NCBI GenBank assembly: GCA_964587725.1
Contig: CAZPLO010000002.1
Coordinates: 55,597 to 119,596 of the forward strand
Direction: 5' to 3'
Length of the DNA stretch: 64,000 nt
DNA from: an uncultured archaeon
GTDB lineage: Archaea; Altiarchaeota; Altiarchaeia; IMC4; SCGC-AAA252-I15
A program made the position numbers and the translations under genes. Position 1 is the first letter of the stretch; each line of letters opens with the position of its first letter. Below, one piece after another: positions 28,430 through 37,988 of the stretch. The notes below the pieces were generated by a model. The model saw only the letters and a list, made by a program, of their open reading frames with translations. It was not told the DNA's origin and did not search any database.

Positions 28430-29746
28430 CTAGTCCACGACGTCCAAGTGGAAGTCGCCGTCGTGGTCTGCGCACACTACAGTGTATGTTCCCGTCTCGT
28501 TGAACAGCCACTTGAAGCTGCTGCCGGCGTGTAATGTTCTGTCGCCCTCCCATGCGTCACCTCCGAAGCCTATGGCCACCAGGTGGTGCTCCACTCCGGC
28601 CGCCTCAACCCATGTGACTGTGGTGTCGACGGGCACAGTCATCCTCGGCGGTATGAACAAGTCCGTTCCCCCGTCGTGGGTTACCGTGGCCAGACAGTTC
28701 AGCCCCCTCACACCGTATTCGGTCGCGTGTTCTATGTCCAGTCGGAACCCAGGGTGCCGGGTCATCCCCTCCACCGTGCACCTGCTGGAGACGTTGCTCC
28801 AGTACAGGTAGTCTACCTGGCTGAGGTTACCGTTCACGGACACGTTGTATTCGCTCAGCAGGTCCAGGTTAACCAGGCTCTCCAGGCTTATGTTTCCGGG
28901 CCGGTCGCCGACCATGAACAGCGTGTCCGCCGCCCGGTCAAGGAACTTGCTGCTCAGGTTCGCCCGCCCCTCCATACGGTCGAAGAACGACGGCGCATCG
29001 TACTCGGTCGTTGAGGGGAGGTAGCAGCCGCTGTCTATCCAGTCGTCCAGTACGCTGCCGTTCACCACACCCGTATCAGGGCATCTTTTGAAGCCGTGTA
29101 TGGCCGCCGGCACGCCTGTCGTCGTATAATGCATGGGGTCCTCCAGCGGCTCAATGGACACAATCGACGTTACAGGGAGTCCGCGGCCAATGTAGCGGTT
29201 GCCGCTTGACTCATCCAACACCGTCAAATCGATTTCGCTCACTATGGCGTAGTGCCAGGGCTCGTATAATGCGATGCTCATGTTCCTGAACTCCACCGTC
29301 ACATTGTATCCTACGGCATCCACTCTGTCCGTCCAGTCCAATACGGTGTTGTTTCTCATGTACTTTCTGATGTCTGTTGCCGGCTGGACCGTGTTCTCTA
29401 GGGTGCCGCACACCATCAGCTCAGCCAGCGCCGCCTCCACGCCGTCGACGTGGTATCTGAAGGAGGTGCAGTTCTCCATCACGTAACCGTCGAATGTTTC
29501 GTTGGTTAATATTACGTGGTTGACGGCGTACGCTGTCGCCCGCTGCCCGGAGATGGCGAACGCCCGCCCAGCGTCCTCCATCAGTGACTCAACGTAGTAG
29601 TGGAGTTCGTCCAAGTCCATGCGGTTAGACACGTCCGCGTAGGCGGGGGAGGATATGGCTGTGTAGAAGAACGCTAGGGACAGGGCAATCAGGATAAGCA
29701 TTGTGGTAACCAGGGTGAAAACGTATCCGCGGGAGCCTAAACCCAT
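28430..29746 (-). CDS. Large pilin-like/pilus-associated protein with C-terminal cupredoxin-like domain
   Basis: SRG|YVFTLV class III-like signal; C-terminal F.P....V..DTTVTW...H...GTYTVVCADH. Confidence 0.7.
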   Translation of the reverse strand: MGLGSRGYVFTLVTTMLILIALSLAFFYTAISSPAYADVSNRMDLDELHYYVESLMEDAGRAFAISGQRATAYAVNHVILTNETFDGYVMENCTSFRYHVDGVEAALAELMVCGTLENTVQPATDIRKYMRNNTVLDWTDRVDAVGYNVTVEFRNMSIALYEPWHYAIVSEIDLTVLDESSGNRYIGRGLPVTSIVSIEPLEDPMHYTTTGVPAAIHGFKRCPDTGVVNGSVLDDWIDSGCYLPSTTEYDAPSFFDRMEGRANLSSKFLDRAADTLFMVGDRPGNISLESLVNLDLLSEYNVSVNGNLSQVDYLYWSNVSSRCTVEGMTRHPGFRLDIEHATEYGVRGLNCLATVTHDGGTDLFIPPRMTVPVDTTVTWVEAAGVEHHLVAIGFGGDAWEGDRTLHAGSSFKWLFNETGTYTVVCADHDGDFHLDVVD

Positions 29747-30408
29747 ACTATCAACCTCATCTCCATCGGCCCCCACAGCGTCTGCACGCCTATCCTGCCT
29801 TCGGCGTCGAAGGTCATGTTGTCCCTGTACGGTATGTCCATGACGCCGTCGCCGTCCAAATCAAGCGTTTCGTTGAGGAGGCGGTAGACTGCGTCGTCGA
29901 CCGCGTCGTCCGTGTTCGGGTGACTGTGCGATTCGAAGGTGTACTGGTGCACCCCCCCGTCGCAGCTGTAGCCCTGGGGAATGGGTGTGTCGGGGGTGAA
30001 CAGGTCCGGTTCCCTCCCATACTGTATCCTCCAGCATCCGCCGTCGCTGAAGCGGTGGGGCTCCCCGTACGCGACCTCACTCACCAGGGTGGAGCGTGAG
30101 AACGTGACCTTCACGTCGTCCACGGAGAGGTTGCCCGCCGCCTCGGACTTCAATACCGTCGGGACAGTGCAGTTGCCTGATGCGGGGTCGTATATGCAGC
30201 CTATGCACCAGCACCCACCCCTTACGTAGCGGTTCACGCTGCCGGTGGCCTCTACGGTTTCCGGGCCTGCGAAGGTTGTCGAGGCAGCCCATTCGTAGTC
30301 TGTGTCGTTGCCGACGTCCAGGAATATTCCCGACTGGGCGTGTGCTGTGAGCAGTGCCGCGGCGGCCAGCAAACCCGCCAGCAGGTAGAAACCAGACCTC
30401 ATATCCAA
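29737..30408 (-). CDS. Secreted pilus-locus protein
   Basis: Hydrophobic N-terminus, Cys pairs, C-terminal LWGPMEMRLIVW; overlaps the next gene. Confidence 0.65.
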   Translation of the reverse strand: MDMRSGFYLLAGLLAAAALLTAHAQSGIFLDVGNDTDYEWAASTTFAGPETVEATGSVNRYVRGGCWCIGCIYDPASGNCTVPTVLKSEAAGNLSVDDVKVTFSRSTLVSEVAYGEPHRFSDGGCWRIQYGREPDLFTPDTPIPQGYSCDGGVHQYTFESHSHPNTDDAVDDAVYRLLNETLDLDGDGVMDIPYRDNMTFDAEGRIGVQTLWGPMEMRLIVWV

Positions 30409-30442
30409 TCATATATATGTTCTTTTAAACAAATACCTGTGC

Positions 30443-30907
30443 ATGGTACTGGAGGACTGGCTGTGGGTTCTGCTCATCACATGCGTGCCGTGGATTGAGT
30501 TGCGGGGCAGCATACCCGCGGGCATAATCCGGTTCGGCTTGAATCCCGTGCTGGTGTTCGCGTCCGCCGTGTTGGTGAACATAGCGGTCATATACCCTGC
30601 GTTCGTGTTCCTGGACTGGTTCTTCGACTTGATGAACAGCACGCCCTTGAGGCACTTCATAGACCGGACGCAGCGTAAGGCACAGCCGTACGTGGAGAAA
30701 TACGGGATGCTGGGTCTGGCGTTGTTCGTGGCTGTTCCGCTGCCGGGCACCGGCGCATACTCCGGCTCCCTGGCGGCCCACATATTCGGGATTAAAAACA
30801 GGCGCGCGTTCCTCTCCATAGCGGCGGGGGTTACTGCAGCAGGTGTAGCCGTCACGTTGATGTCGACGCTGTTCAGGGACACGTTCGGCTGGCTGTTAGG
30901 ACTTTAG
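30443..30907 (+). CDS. Small multi-drug export family (COG2426-like) membrane protein
   Basis: PWIELRGSIP, FVAVPLPGTGAY motifs. Confidence 0.88.
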   Translation: MVLEDWLWVLLITCVPWIELRGSIPAGIIRFGLNPVLVFASAVLVNIAVIYPAFVFLDWFFDLMNSTPLRHFIDRTQRKAQPYVEKYGMLGLALFVAVPLPGTGAYSGSLAAHIFGIKNRRAFLSIAAGVTAAGVAVTLMSTLFRDTFGWLLGL

Positions 30908-31444
30908 GTCCCGGCGCATGCTCTGGAGGTACTCCTCCACTTCGCGGGTGAAGTCCTCTTTCATGGGCTTCCCCAGCAGGTTCTTCTTCGCCACAGAACG
31001 GTAAATCTGCTTCCTCAGCCTCCTGCTCTTCTTCGAATCACCCTCCCGTATCACTGGCAGGTTCTTCATCGGCGGGTAGATGACCTCCACCACCTTGTGT
31101 TTGTCGAGGAAACGCACCAGGTCGTTCAGCGCGTAGATGCTGACGTCCAGTTCCGTCGCTATCTCGGCCATGTCTATGGTCTTCCTCCTCTCCAGCAGAG
31201 TGAGTATGTGGAATATGAGCAGCTTCTTCTCTCGTTCGTCAAGGCCGCCTTCCTCCTTCTTCCCGGAGGGGCTGAAGGAGCCGGTGAGGTAGTTTATGTC
31301 GGAGTCTCGTGTGACGACCGCAATAAGTATGACGGCGACTACTACCACGTAGAGGCTCAGCTGGGAGCCGAAGCCGAGGAGCAGCACCAGCAATGCGGTG
31401 AACGCGACTATTACGCCCACCATCGTCTTGGTGTTCTCTTTCAC
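30896..31444 (-). CDS. Membrane protein (2 TM) with cytoplasmic winged-helix-like domain
   Basis: Two N-terminal TMs; ILTLLERRKTIDMAEIATELDV...FLDKHKVVEV. Confidence 0.7.
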   Translation of the reverse strand: MKENTKTMVGVIVAFTALLVLLLGFGSQLSLYVVVVAVILIAVVTRDSDINYLTGSFSPSGKKEEGGLDEREKKLLIFHILTLLERRKTIDMAEIATELDVSIYALNDLVRFLDKHKVVEVIYPPMKNLPVIREGDSKKSRRLRKQIYRSVAKKNLLGKPMKEDFTREVEEYLQSMRRDLKS

Positions 31445-31445
31445 C

Positions 31446-33785
31446 CTACACCTCCTCCTTCTCCAGGGCGGCGAGTTCCTCGTCTATTTCGTCGCGGGGC
31501 ATCCGCGGCCGCCCAGTCGAAGGCTTCTTAAGCCTAACATAAGCTACCGCGGCCACGGCCACGGCAAAAGCCAGTATCACGTAGATTGTGTAGTCCTGTC
31601 CTTCGCCGCCTCCGCCGTTGACGGGTTTGCCGATGCTCTGGTTCGCCCTCCGCACCAAATCCAGGGCGGTGTCGGAGGCGTTGTGGTAGTCCGCGCGCTC
31701 GTATAGTTCGCCGGCGGTTTCCGCATAGGACATGGCCTTGGGGTAGTCTCCGGACTCGTAGGCGGTCAGCGCAATCCTGTAGTGGCGGTCCGCTATCCTG
31801 ATGACCAGTATGTCCGACCGCACGGTTCCGTTGTAGTCGTCTATCTCGGCATATATCTCCTTGGCCCGGTCTATCATCATCAGCGCCCCGGAGTAGTTGC
31901 CGAAGTTACTCAGCGTGACGGCTTTGGTGTAGTATCCGTCCGCCGTAAGTCGCTTCTGCATCCTCATCTCGTCCCTGATGCTGTCCTCGAGTTCGTCGCA
32001 GTTTTCCACACCCGTTCCGTCGCCTATCTTCTCGTATATTCTGCGGGCGTCGTCTATCTTCCGCAGGGCGGCCTCCAGGTTGTTCATGGCGTAGTAGCTT
32101 AGGGCCTGCGAATAGTGGCGGTCCGCCTCCTCCTTGTTCTTCACCCTGAACTCGTCGTCTATCCTGGCCCTGAGCAGGTTCACCCGGGGAAGGCTGTCAC
32201 GGTCTCCTATGTCGTTGTAAAGTTCCGCAGCCTTGTCGACGTATATGCTGGCGTTGGTGACGTCGCCGGAGACGAGGTTGTCATAGGCTATGTTGTAGAA
32301 GTTGTCTGCCCGGAATTTCTTGATATAGTACTCTGTGGCTTCGAACCGGGTGACGTTGGCCGTGGTGTAGCCTATGAAGTCCGTGAGTCCGTTACCGTCC
32401 ACGTCAGCCACCCTGAATCCGTAAAGCGACTTGCCCGCGAAGTAGCTCCACTTGAGGCTGCCGACGGCGTTGTATACGTACACGTTGCCGTCCCTGGAAG
32501 AGACTATCACGTCCTTGAAACCGTCTAACTCCACGTCCTCCATACGTATGTCTGTGATGGCGTCGTCGACCCTCTGTTTCCACCGGAGTCTGCCGTTGCT
32601 CTCATACGTCTCTATGACGCCGCCGCTGCTCCCCGCCGTGACCTCCATGGTGCCCTGGCCGTCAACGTTGGCGGCGTACACCCGCCGCACCTGGCCCCCA
32701 AGGTCCGACCCCCACCTAGCTCCCATGGCACTCACGTTTGATGCGTTAATGACGTAGAACATTCCGTTATTGGATGCTATGACGAGCTCCCTCAGGATGT
32801 TGCCGTCTATGTCGCCCGCGTATATGTCGCGGACGCTGTTGTCCACCCCCTCCACGATTTTGCCGTCGTCGTCCCTCTTCCACACTTCGTATGTGCCGGC
32901 CACGCCACCGGCCTGGTCCAGTACGACTACTGTGCCGTTCATATCCTTGTATTCGACGTAACGCCACCCCAACACATCACCCGTAGACCCCTCCTCGCAT
33001 ATTATCTTCGTGTAGGTGCGGTAGCAGATGTCTTCGGTCTGGTTTCCCTCAATTTCCTCCTCAGACCATCTGCAGCTGCAGTCCCTCAACCCGGCGCAGC
33101 ATTTGCTGGGGTCGAGGCAGTCTGCTTCCGTCGCCCACCCGGATTCCTCGTCCACGACGTCCTCGCTGTAGCAGACCTGCCCCTCAATGGGCTCGTCGGT
33201 TTTCTCGTTGTATACGTATATGACGTTGTCTCCAACTCCGGCGGCCACGTACCTTTTACCCTGCTGCCTGAGGAACGAAACGGATTTTACGCTGTCAGGG
33301 GTTATGTGCCTCCACACGGGGCTGCCGTCCGGATTCACCACGTAAACCCCCCCGTGGTACCTTATAACACGGTACAGGACCCTGTTCTTTGGCAACACGC
33401 CCATGCCCTCCTCGTCAACCTCGAAGTCCTGGGGCGTGTAGGTGCGAACCTCCTTGGCGCCGCCGAGCCCGAATATAAGCTCTTCGACGCCGTCCCCGTC
33501 CACGTCTCCGGCGTCCATGCAGTATATCCTACCTATCATGCTGTGGTTTCCGAGCGCGAACTCGTCCACCAGCCTCCCGAACCGGTCCAGGACCACCACG
33601 GTGTTGTTCTGCAGGCCCACGTACACCTCACTGTATCCGTCTCCGTCGGCGTCAGCCAAAACCATGTCCCCCACGGACACCCTGGCGCCGTACGACCACT
33701 TCACGTCCAGGTTCATCCGCGGAGAGGCGGCCGACGCATACGACGCCAGCAGCACCACAGCCAATATGGTTAAAACGTGTTTCAT
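31446..33785 (-). CDS. Type I membrane protein: FG-GAP beta-propeller + TPR-like helical repeats + C-terminal TM
   Basis: Signal peptide, DxDGDG repeats, repeated A..YY..A......G.Y..A......A..IY..IGD, TM near the C-terminus. Confidence 0.8.
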   Translation of the reverse strand: MKHVLTILAVVLLASYASAASPRMNLDVKWSYGARVSVGDMVLADADGDGYSEVYVGLQNNTVVVLDRFGRLVDEFALGNHSMIGRIYCMDAGDVDGDGVEELIFGLGGAKEVRTYTPQDFEVDEEGMGVLPKNRVLYRVIRYHGGVYVVNPDGSPVWRHITPDSVKSVSFLRQQGKRYVAAGVGDNVIYVYNEKTDEPIEGQVCYSEDVVDEESGWATEADCLDPSKCCAGLRDCSCRWSEEEIEGNQTEDICYRTYTKIICEEGSTGDVLGWRYVEYKDMNGTVVVLDQAGGVAGTYEVWKRDDDGKIVEGVDNSVRDIYAGDIDGNILRELVIASNNGMFYVINASNVSAMGARWGSDLGGQVRRVYAANVDGQGTMEVTAGSSGGVIETYESNGRLRWKQRVDDAITDIRMEDVELDGFKDVIVSSRDGNVYVYNAVGSLKWSYFAGKSLYGFRVADVDGNGLTDFIGYTTANVTRFEATEYYIKKFRADNFYNIAYDNLVSGDVTNASIYVDKAAELYNDIGDRDSLPRVNLLRARIDDEFRVKNKEEADRHYSQALSYYAMNNLEAALRKIDDARRIYEKIGDGTGVENCDELEDSIRDEMRMQKRLTADGYYTKAVTLSNFGNYSGALMMIDRAKEIYAEIDDYNGTVRSDILVIRIADRHYRIALTAYESGDYPKAMSYAETAGELYERADYHNASDTALDLVRRANQSIGKPVNGGGGEGQDYTIYVILAFAVAVAAVAYVRLKKPSTGRPRMPRDEIDEELAALEKEEV

Positions 33786-33789
33786 CTTC

Positions 33790-34734
33790 CTATCCCACCG
33801 GCGCCTTCACCTTATCCAATACTTTGGAGATTATGTCGTCCGGGGTGATGCCGAAGTCTCTCGAGTCCGGATTCAATATTATCCTGTGCCGGAGCACCGG
33901 GAACGCCAGGTTCTTAATGTCTTCGGCGTTGACGCTGTCCCTGCCCTTGAAGAACGCCCTCGCCTTAGCCGCCTTCGTGAAGTCCACCGTCGCCCGGGGG
34001 CTGCCGCCAGTCGCAACCTCCCTGCGGGTGCGGGTGCCCTCCACAATCTTTATCAGGTACTCCAGCATGCTGTCTGACATGGCTATGCTGTTCTCTATCT
34101 CCTCCCTTATGATAAGTATCTCCGGCGGATTGAATATCTTGCTTATTTTAATCTCCTCGGCCTTCGACTTCACAATCATCATCTCCTGTTCCAGCGTCAA
34201 ATACTGCATCACGGACTTGAACATGAAACGGTCCTTCTGGGCCTCCGGAAGCGGATAGGTGCCGAGCTGCTCCACAGGGTTCTGTGTCGCCAACACGGTG
34301 AACGGCTGCGGCAGCTTATGGGTCGTGCCGCCCAGCGTCACAGCCTGCTCCGCCATGGCCTCCAGCAGCGCCGACTGCGTCTTCGGCTGCGCACGGTTTA
34401 TCTCGTCCACCAGAAGCAGGTTGGTGAAGATGGGGCCCTTCTCCAAAACCTTCTCCTTCTTGGCTTCCTCGTATTTCACCTTCCCGAGGATGTCGGAGGC
34501 GGTGACGTCCGGAGTGCACTGAATACGCTTGAAAACCATGTCCATGGTTTCCGCGATGGTTTTCGTCAGCACGGTCTTTCCCATGCCCGGAACGCTCTCC
34601 AGCAGGATGTGTCCGCCGGCGAAGACAGCGATTAATATGTCCTCTATGACCTCATCGTTGCCTATGACGCGCTTGTGGACTTCGTCTCCCAGCTGCCGGA
34701 ACTGCTGGAACACGTCCTTGTCTCTCTCAACCAT
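33790..34734 (-). CDS. moxR: MoxR-family AAA+ ATPase
   Basis: ESVPGMGKT, RIQCTPD, DEINRA, ATQNPVEQLGTYPLPEAQKDRF, GGSPRA, VLRHRI. Confidence 0.95.
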   Translation of the reverse strand: MVERDKDVFQQFRQLGDEVHKRVIGNDEVIEDILIAVFAGGHILLESVPGMGKTVLTKTIAETMDMVFKRIQCTPDVTASDILGKVKYEEAKKEKVLEKGPIFTNLLLVDEINRAQPKTQSALLEAMAEQAVTLGGTTHKLPQPFTVLATQNPVEQLGTYPLPEAQKDRFMFKSVMQYLTLEQEMMIVKSKAEEIKISKIFNPPEILIIREEIENSIAMSDSMLEYLIKIVEGTRTRREVATGGSPRATVDFTKAAKARAFFKGRDSVNAEDIKNLAFPVLRHRIILNPDSRDFGITPDDIISKVLDKVKAPVG

Positions 34735-34757
34735 CGCTAATGTATTTACTTTACCTT

Positions 34758-37700
34758 TTAATTACCGGCCCCCGCCTTCACGTTAACGGGCTCGCTGCTC
34801 TTGAAATACCGTTTTCCGTCCGGGTCCCTGTAAAACAGCTCCACCAGCTTAGCCGGGTAACTGCCTTCCCGACTGGACTTGAACTTAACCTTCACCGTAC
34901 GTTCCCCGCCCGCCGGGAGGGACTTGATTTCCTCCGGAGCCTCGGATACTTCGAAATCGTCTGTGGTGTTGCCGAGGAACCGGACTCCGGTGACGTCCAC
35001 GCCGCCGTCGTTGACGACCAGCCCGTCAACCCCCACCTCACTACCCACTTTCACATCCAAAGTGTCGCCGAAATCCAGCGTCACAGACGGCGTGTCGCCG
35101 GCCGGAGCCTTCTCCTCCACGGCCCCTGTAGCTTCCCCACCCCTCGCCTGCTCATCCGGCTTCTCCTCGTCGGGCGCTCCGGTGTCCAGCATGGTCCGCG
35201 CCTCCGCAGCTCCGCCCTCCAAAACCTCCAGTTCGCGTCCGCTGAATCCACCGGACTTGACCGCCTCGTTCAAATACTTCAGCGCCTCCTCCAGTTTCTC
35301 AGAGCCTCCGGCATCCCCCTCCTTCAGCATTTTAGTTCCCTCGGCCTTCAGCCTGTAGCCGGCGGAGCGGTTGACGCGGTCGTCCATGCGGCTGCGGCGG
35401 TAATAGGGTATGGACTCCTGGTAGTGTTGGGCCGCTCCTGCGGGGTCCCCTATCGCATCCAGGGCCTGTCCGATAAACCAGTGGGCGTCTCCCAGGCGTT
35501 TCACGGTTGTCTCATCCTCCACTTCACGGCCGGCCCCGATGTAACGTGTGTAGCAGTCTATTGCCTTCCGGTAGTGTTTCTCCAGCTGCTCGTCGGTCCT
35601 GAACTTACCGTATGTTTCAGCCATCTGGCGGTAGCCGTCGCCGGCCTGGAACCAGTTGCCGTTCCGCTCCTGCGACTCACCGTATCTCCTGTAGGATTCG
35701 ACGGCCTTCATGTAGTTTTTGAAGTCGGCCGCCGGCCGTTCAATGACCTCCACGCTGACTTCGCTGCTGGCTTTGACGTATTTGTGGCCTTTCTGGTCCT
35801 CGTAGTAGACTTCAATAGGCTTTATCCTGTATTCCCCCGTCCTGCTGGCCGTCAACTCCACCGAAGCCTTCCTTTCGCCGCCGGGCTCCAGCTCCGGCAC
35901 ATCGTCCGGCAGCTTCAGCAACTCCATCTCCTCGGGCAGATGCTCCAGAAACGTTATCCCCTTCATGGTGTAGCTTCCGTTGTTGCTGAGCTTCAAATTC
36001 AGCACTACGGGGACGCCGGAGAATGTTACCGTACGCTGGTCCATATCCAATGTGACGTCCGGCTTCAGTTTTATCTTGTTCACCATCGCCCTGCCTTCGT
36101 CGACGTTCTCCCCCAGTATCCTAACATACTCTCTCTTCCAGTCGCCGCCCTCGATTGCCTCGTTGAAAAGTTTCTCCGACTCCGACACCAGCTTCTCAGC
36201 CGCGTTGTAGTCGCCGCGGTCCAGGGCCTTCACAGCCTCCACGCTCACCCGGAAAGCGGATGTCACCTTCACCCTCCCCTCCTCTCCGGCTTCCCCGTAT
36301 ATCCCCTCTGCCTTGGAGAAGTGCTGCAACGCGTTGTTAAAGTCCCCCAGGGTCTTGTAGCACTCACCTATTTTGCGGTGGGCGTCGCCTAACAGGACTT
36401 TGTTGTCTCCGGCTGCGGCGTACTTGCTGAAATACGACACCGCCTTGTCCAGCCGGTTCTTCATCATGGGGTGGTCGTGCAGTCGCCGGTAGCAGTTGCC
36501 GGCCTCCATGTAGGCGAGTCCGGCCCCGTACAGGTCTTTCTCCTCCTCTTTGGCGGCGGCGTGCCGGTCATACAGTTCGGCGGCCCGCCCGTAGTCTCCG
36601 TGGTCGACGTATGATTCAGCGGCGTCCCACAGCATCCCCCCCTCCACGTAGGCTTCCGCAGCCTCTCTGAAGGCCTCTTCGGAGCCTTCATTATCCCCTG
36701 CCTTATCCAGCAGCTCAGCCCGCCTCCTGTAGGTTTCAGCCGACTTCTCATGCAACCCTATTTCACCGTAGGCTTCAGCCGCCTTCCCCATCAAATCCGC
36801 CGCATCCCCTCCTCCAGACTTTTCAGCCGCCTTCACGTAAGCGTCCGCCGCCTTCATATAAGCGTCCCGGGTCACCCCATCGTTTTTGGCTAGTTCGCTG
36901 GCCTTAGCAGCATCCACGTACCTGTCGCCGGCGGTTTTCAAATCGCCTTTCAACGCATATGCTGCCGCGGCTTGGGAGTAGGACGCCGCCGCCTGCGCCA
37001 CAGAGTCTATGCCGTAGTATGTCTCCGCGGACTTCAGGTAGTATCCTATGGCGTTGTCCACCTCCCCGCCGTTCTGGTAGACTCCCCCGACCTCCCGGTA
37101 GCTGGCTGCGGCTTTGGCTTGGTTGTCGTTCGCAGCTCGTAGGTCGGCGGCTTTGAGGTGATAGTATATCGCGTTTTTCTGGTCGTCCAGTTCATAGTAT
37201 GCCTCGGCCATCCTCTCGTAGGTGTCAGCGACTTCAAGATATTGTCTGTTGAGGGTGTCTATCTCCACCGCCCCCGCGTAGCCGTCTATGGCATCCTTCC
37301 ACCTCCCAGCCCGCTCATAGTTTTGGGCGGCCTTCTTGAAGCTGAGGCCGGCGCTGGCCTTGTCCTTTATCTTCAGGTCCACGACCGCAGACTTCTCGTA
37401 CATCTGGGCTGCGCTGCCGTGTTCTCCGTCTTTCTCATAGTATTCTGCGGCAGCATGGTATGCGTAGCTGGCGTTGAAGAAGTCGCCGACGTCCTCGAAC
37501 ATTATCCCCGACTTTTCATAGAATTCTCCCGCCCGTTTGAAGTTGTCGAGTTCCTCGAACGTTTTAGCGCCTTTCTCATATACCTCCCCCGCCTTCTCGT
37601 GGTCGCCCAGCACCCTGTAGCGGTCGGCGCATCGGATATAGTATTCGCCGGCCTTCTCATGGTCTTTGACTCTGTCTTCATGGCTTTCGTGGTCGAGTTT

Positions 37701-37880
37701 CTCGTAGCAGTCGCCGACCTTCTCCTCGTAGAAGGCCACCTCCCGTTCGTCGCCCCCCTTAAGCGCGGTCTTCAGCAGCTCCTCGTATTTCTTCAATGCT
37801 GCACGGAAGTGCTTTCCCTTGAAGCTGCTTTCGGCTTGATGATGCAGCAGCTCCCGCCTGGCCTGCTGGAGGAGGTCCAT
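34758..37880 (-). CDS. Cytoplasmic SNAP/TPR-like alpha-solenoid protein with two Ig-like domains
   Basis: Dozens of ~20-aa A...Y..AA..Y repeats; two aligned beta-sandwich domains (PxVTLD...N.G...PGGER...Y.D..G..Y); no signal peptide or TM. Confidence 0.8.
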   Translation of the reverse strand: MDLLQQARRELLHHQAESSFKGKHFRAALKKYEELLKTALKGGDEREVAFYEEKVGDCYEKLDHESHEDRVKDHEKAGEYYIRCADRYRVLGDHEKAGEVYEKGAKTFEELDNFKRAGEFYEKSGIMFEDVGDFFNASYAYHAAAEYYEKDGEHGSAAQMYEKSAVVDLKIKDKASAGLSFKKAAQNYERAGRWKDAIDGYAGAVEIDTLNRQYLEVADTYERMAEAYYELDDQKNAIYYHLKAADLRAANDNQAKAAASYREVGGVYQNGGEVDNAIGYYLKSAETYYGIDSVAQAAASYSQAAAAYALKGDLKTAGDRYVDAAKASELAKNDGVTRDAYMKAADAYVKAAEKSGGGDAADLMGKAAEAYGEIGLHEKSAETYRRRAELLDKAGDNEGSEEAFREAAEAYVEGGMLWDAAESYVDHGDYGRAAELYDRHAAAKEEEKDLYGAGLAYMEAGNCYRRLHDHPMMKNRLDKAVSYFSKYAAAGDNKVLLGDAHRKIGECYKTLGDFNNALQHFSKAEGIYGEAGEEGRVKVTSAFRVSVEAVKALDRGDYNAAEKLVSESEKLFNEAIEGGDWKREYVRILGENVDEGRAMVNKIKLKPDVTLDMDQRTVTFSGVPVVLNLKLSNNGSYTMKGITFLEHLPEEMELLKLPDDVPELEPGGERKASVELTASRTGEYRIKPIEVYYEDQKGHKYVKASSEVSVEVIERPAADFKNYMKAVESYRRYGESQERNGNWFQAGDGYRQMAETYGKFRTDEQLEKHYRKAIDCYTRYIGAGREVEDETTVKRLGDAHWFIGQALDAIGDPAGAAQHYQESIPYYRRSRMDDRVNRSAGYRLKAEGTKMLKEGDAGGSEKLEEALKYLNEAVKSGGFSGRELEVLEGGAAEARTMLDTGAPDEEKPDEQARGGEATGAVEEKAPAGDTPSVTLDFGDTLDVKVGSEVGVDGLVVNDGGVDVTGVRFLGNTTDDFEVSEAPEEIKSLPAGGERTVKVKFKSSREGSYPAKLVELFYRDPDGKRYFKSSEPVNVKAGAGN

Positions 37881-37935
37881 TGTAATAAAAAAGTATTTGT
37901 TATACGGCGGTTAAATAGCGGCTTCCACGGGTGTT

Positions 37936-37988
37936 TAAACTATTTAAAATTTCTTTTAAACAGTTTATACTTTATTCCAAACAGTTTA
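37936..37988. repeat. Three AAACWGTTT-like palindromic boxes at exact 21-bp period (site B)
   Basis: aaactattta 37937-37946, aaacagttta 37958-37967, aaacagttta 37979-37988. Confidence 0.8.

Noticed and set aside
16248-30408. Archaellum operon
   Set aside because: No FlaH/FlaF/FlaG or archaellin-type sequences; two TadC-like genes indicate a pilus.
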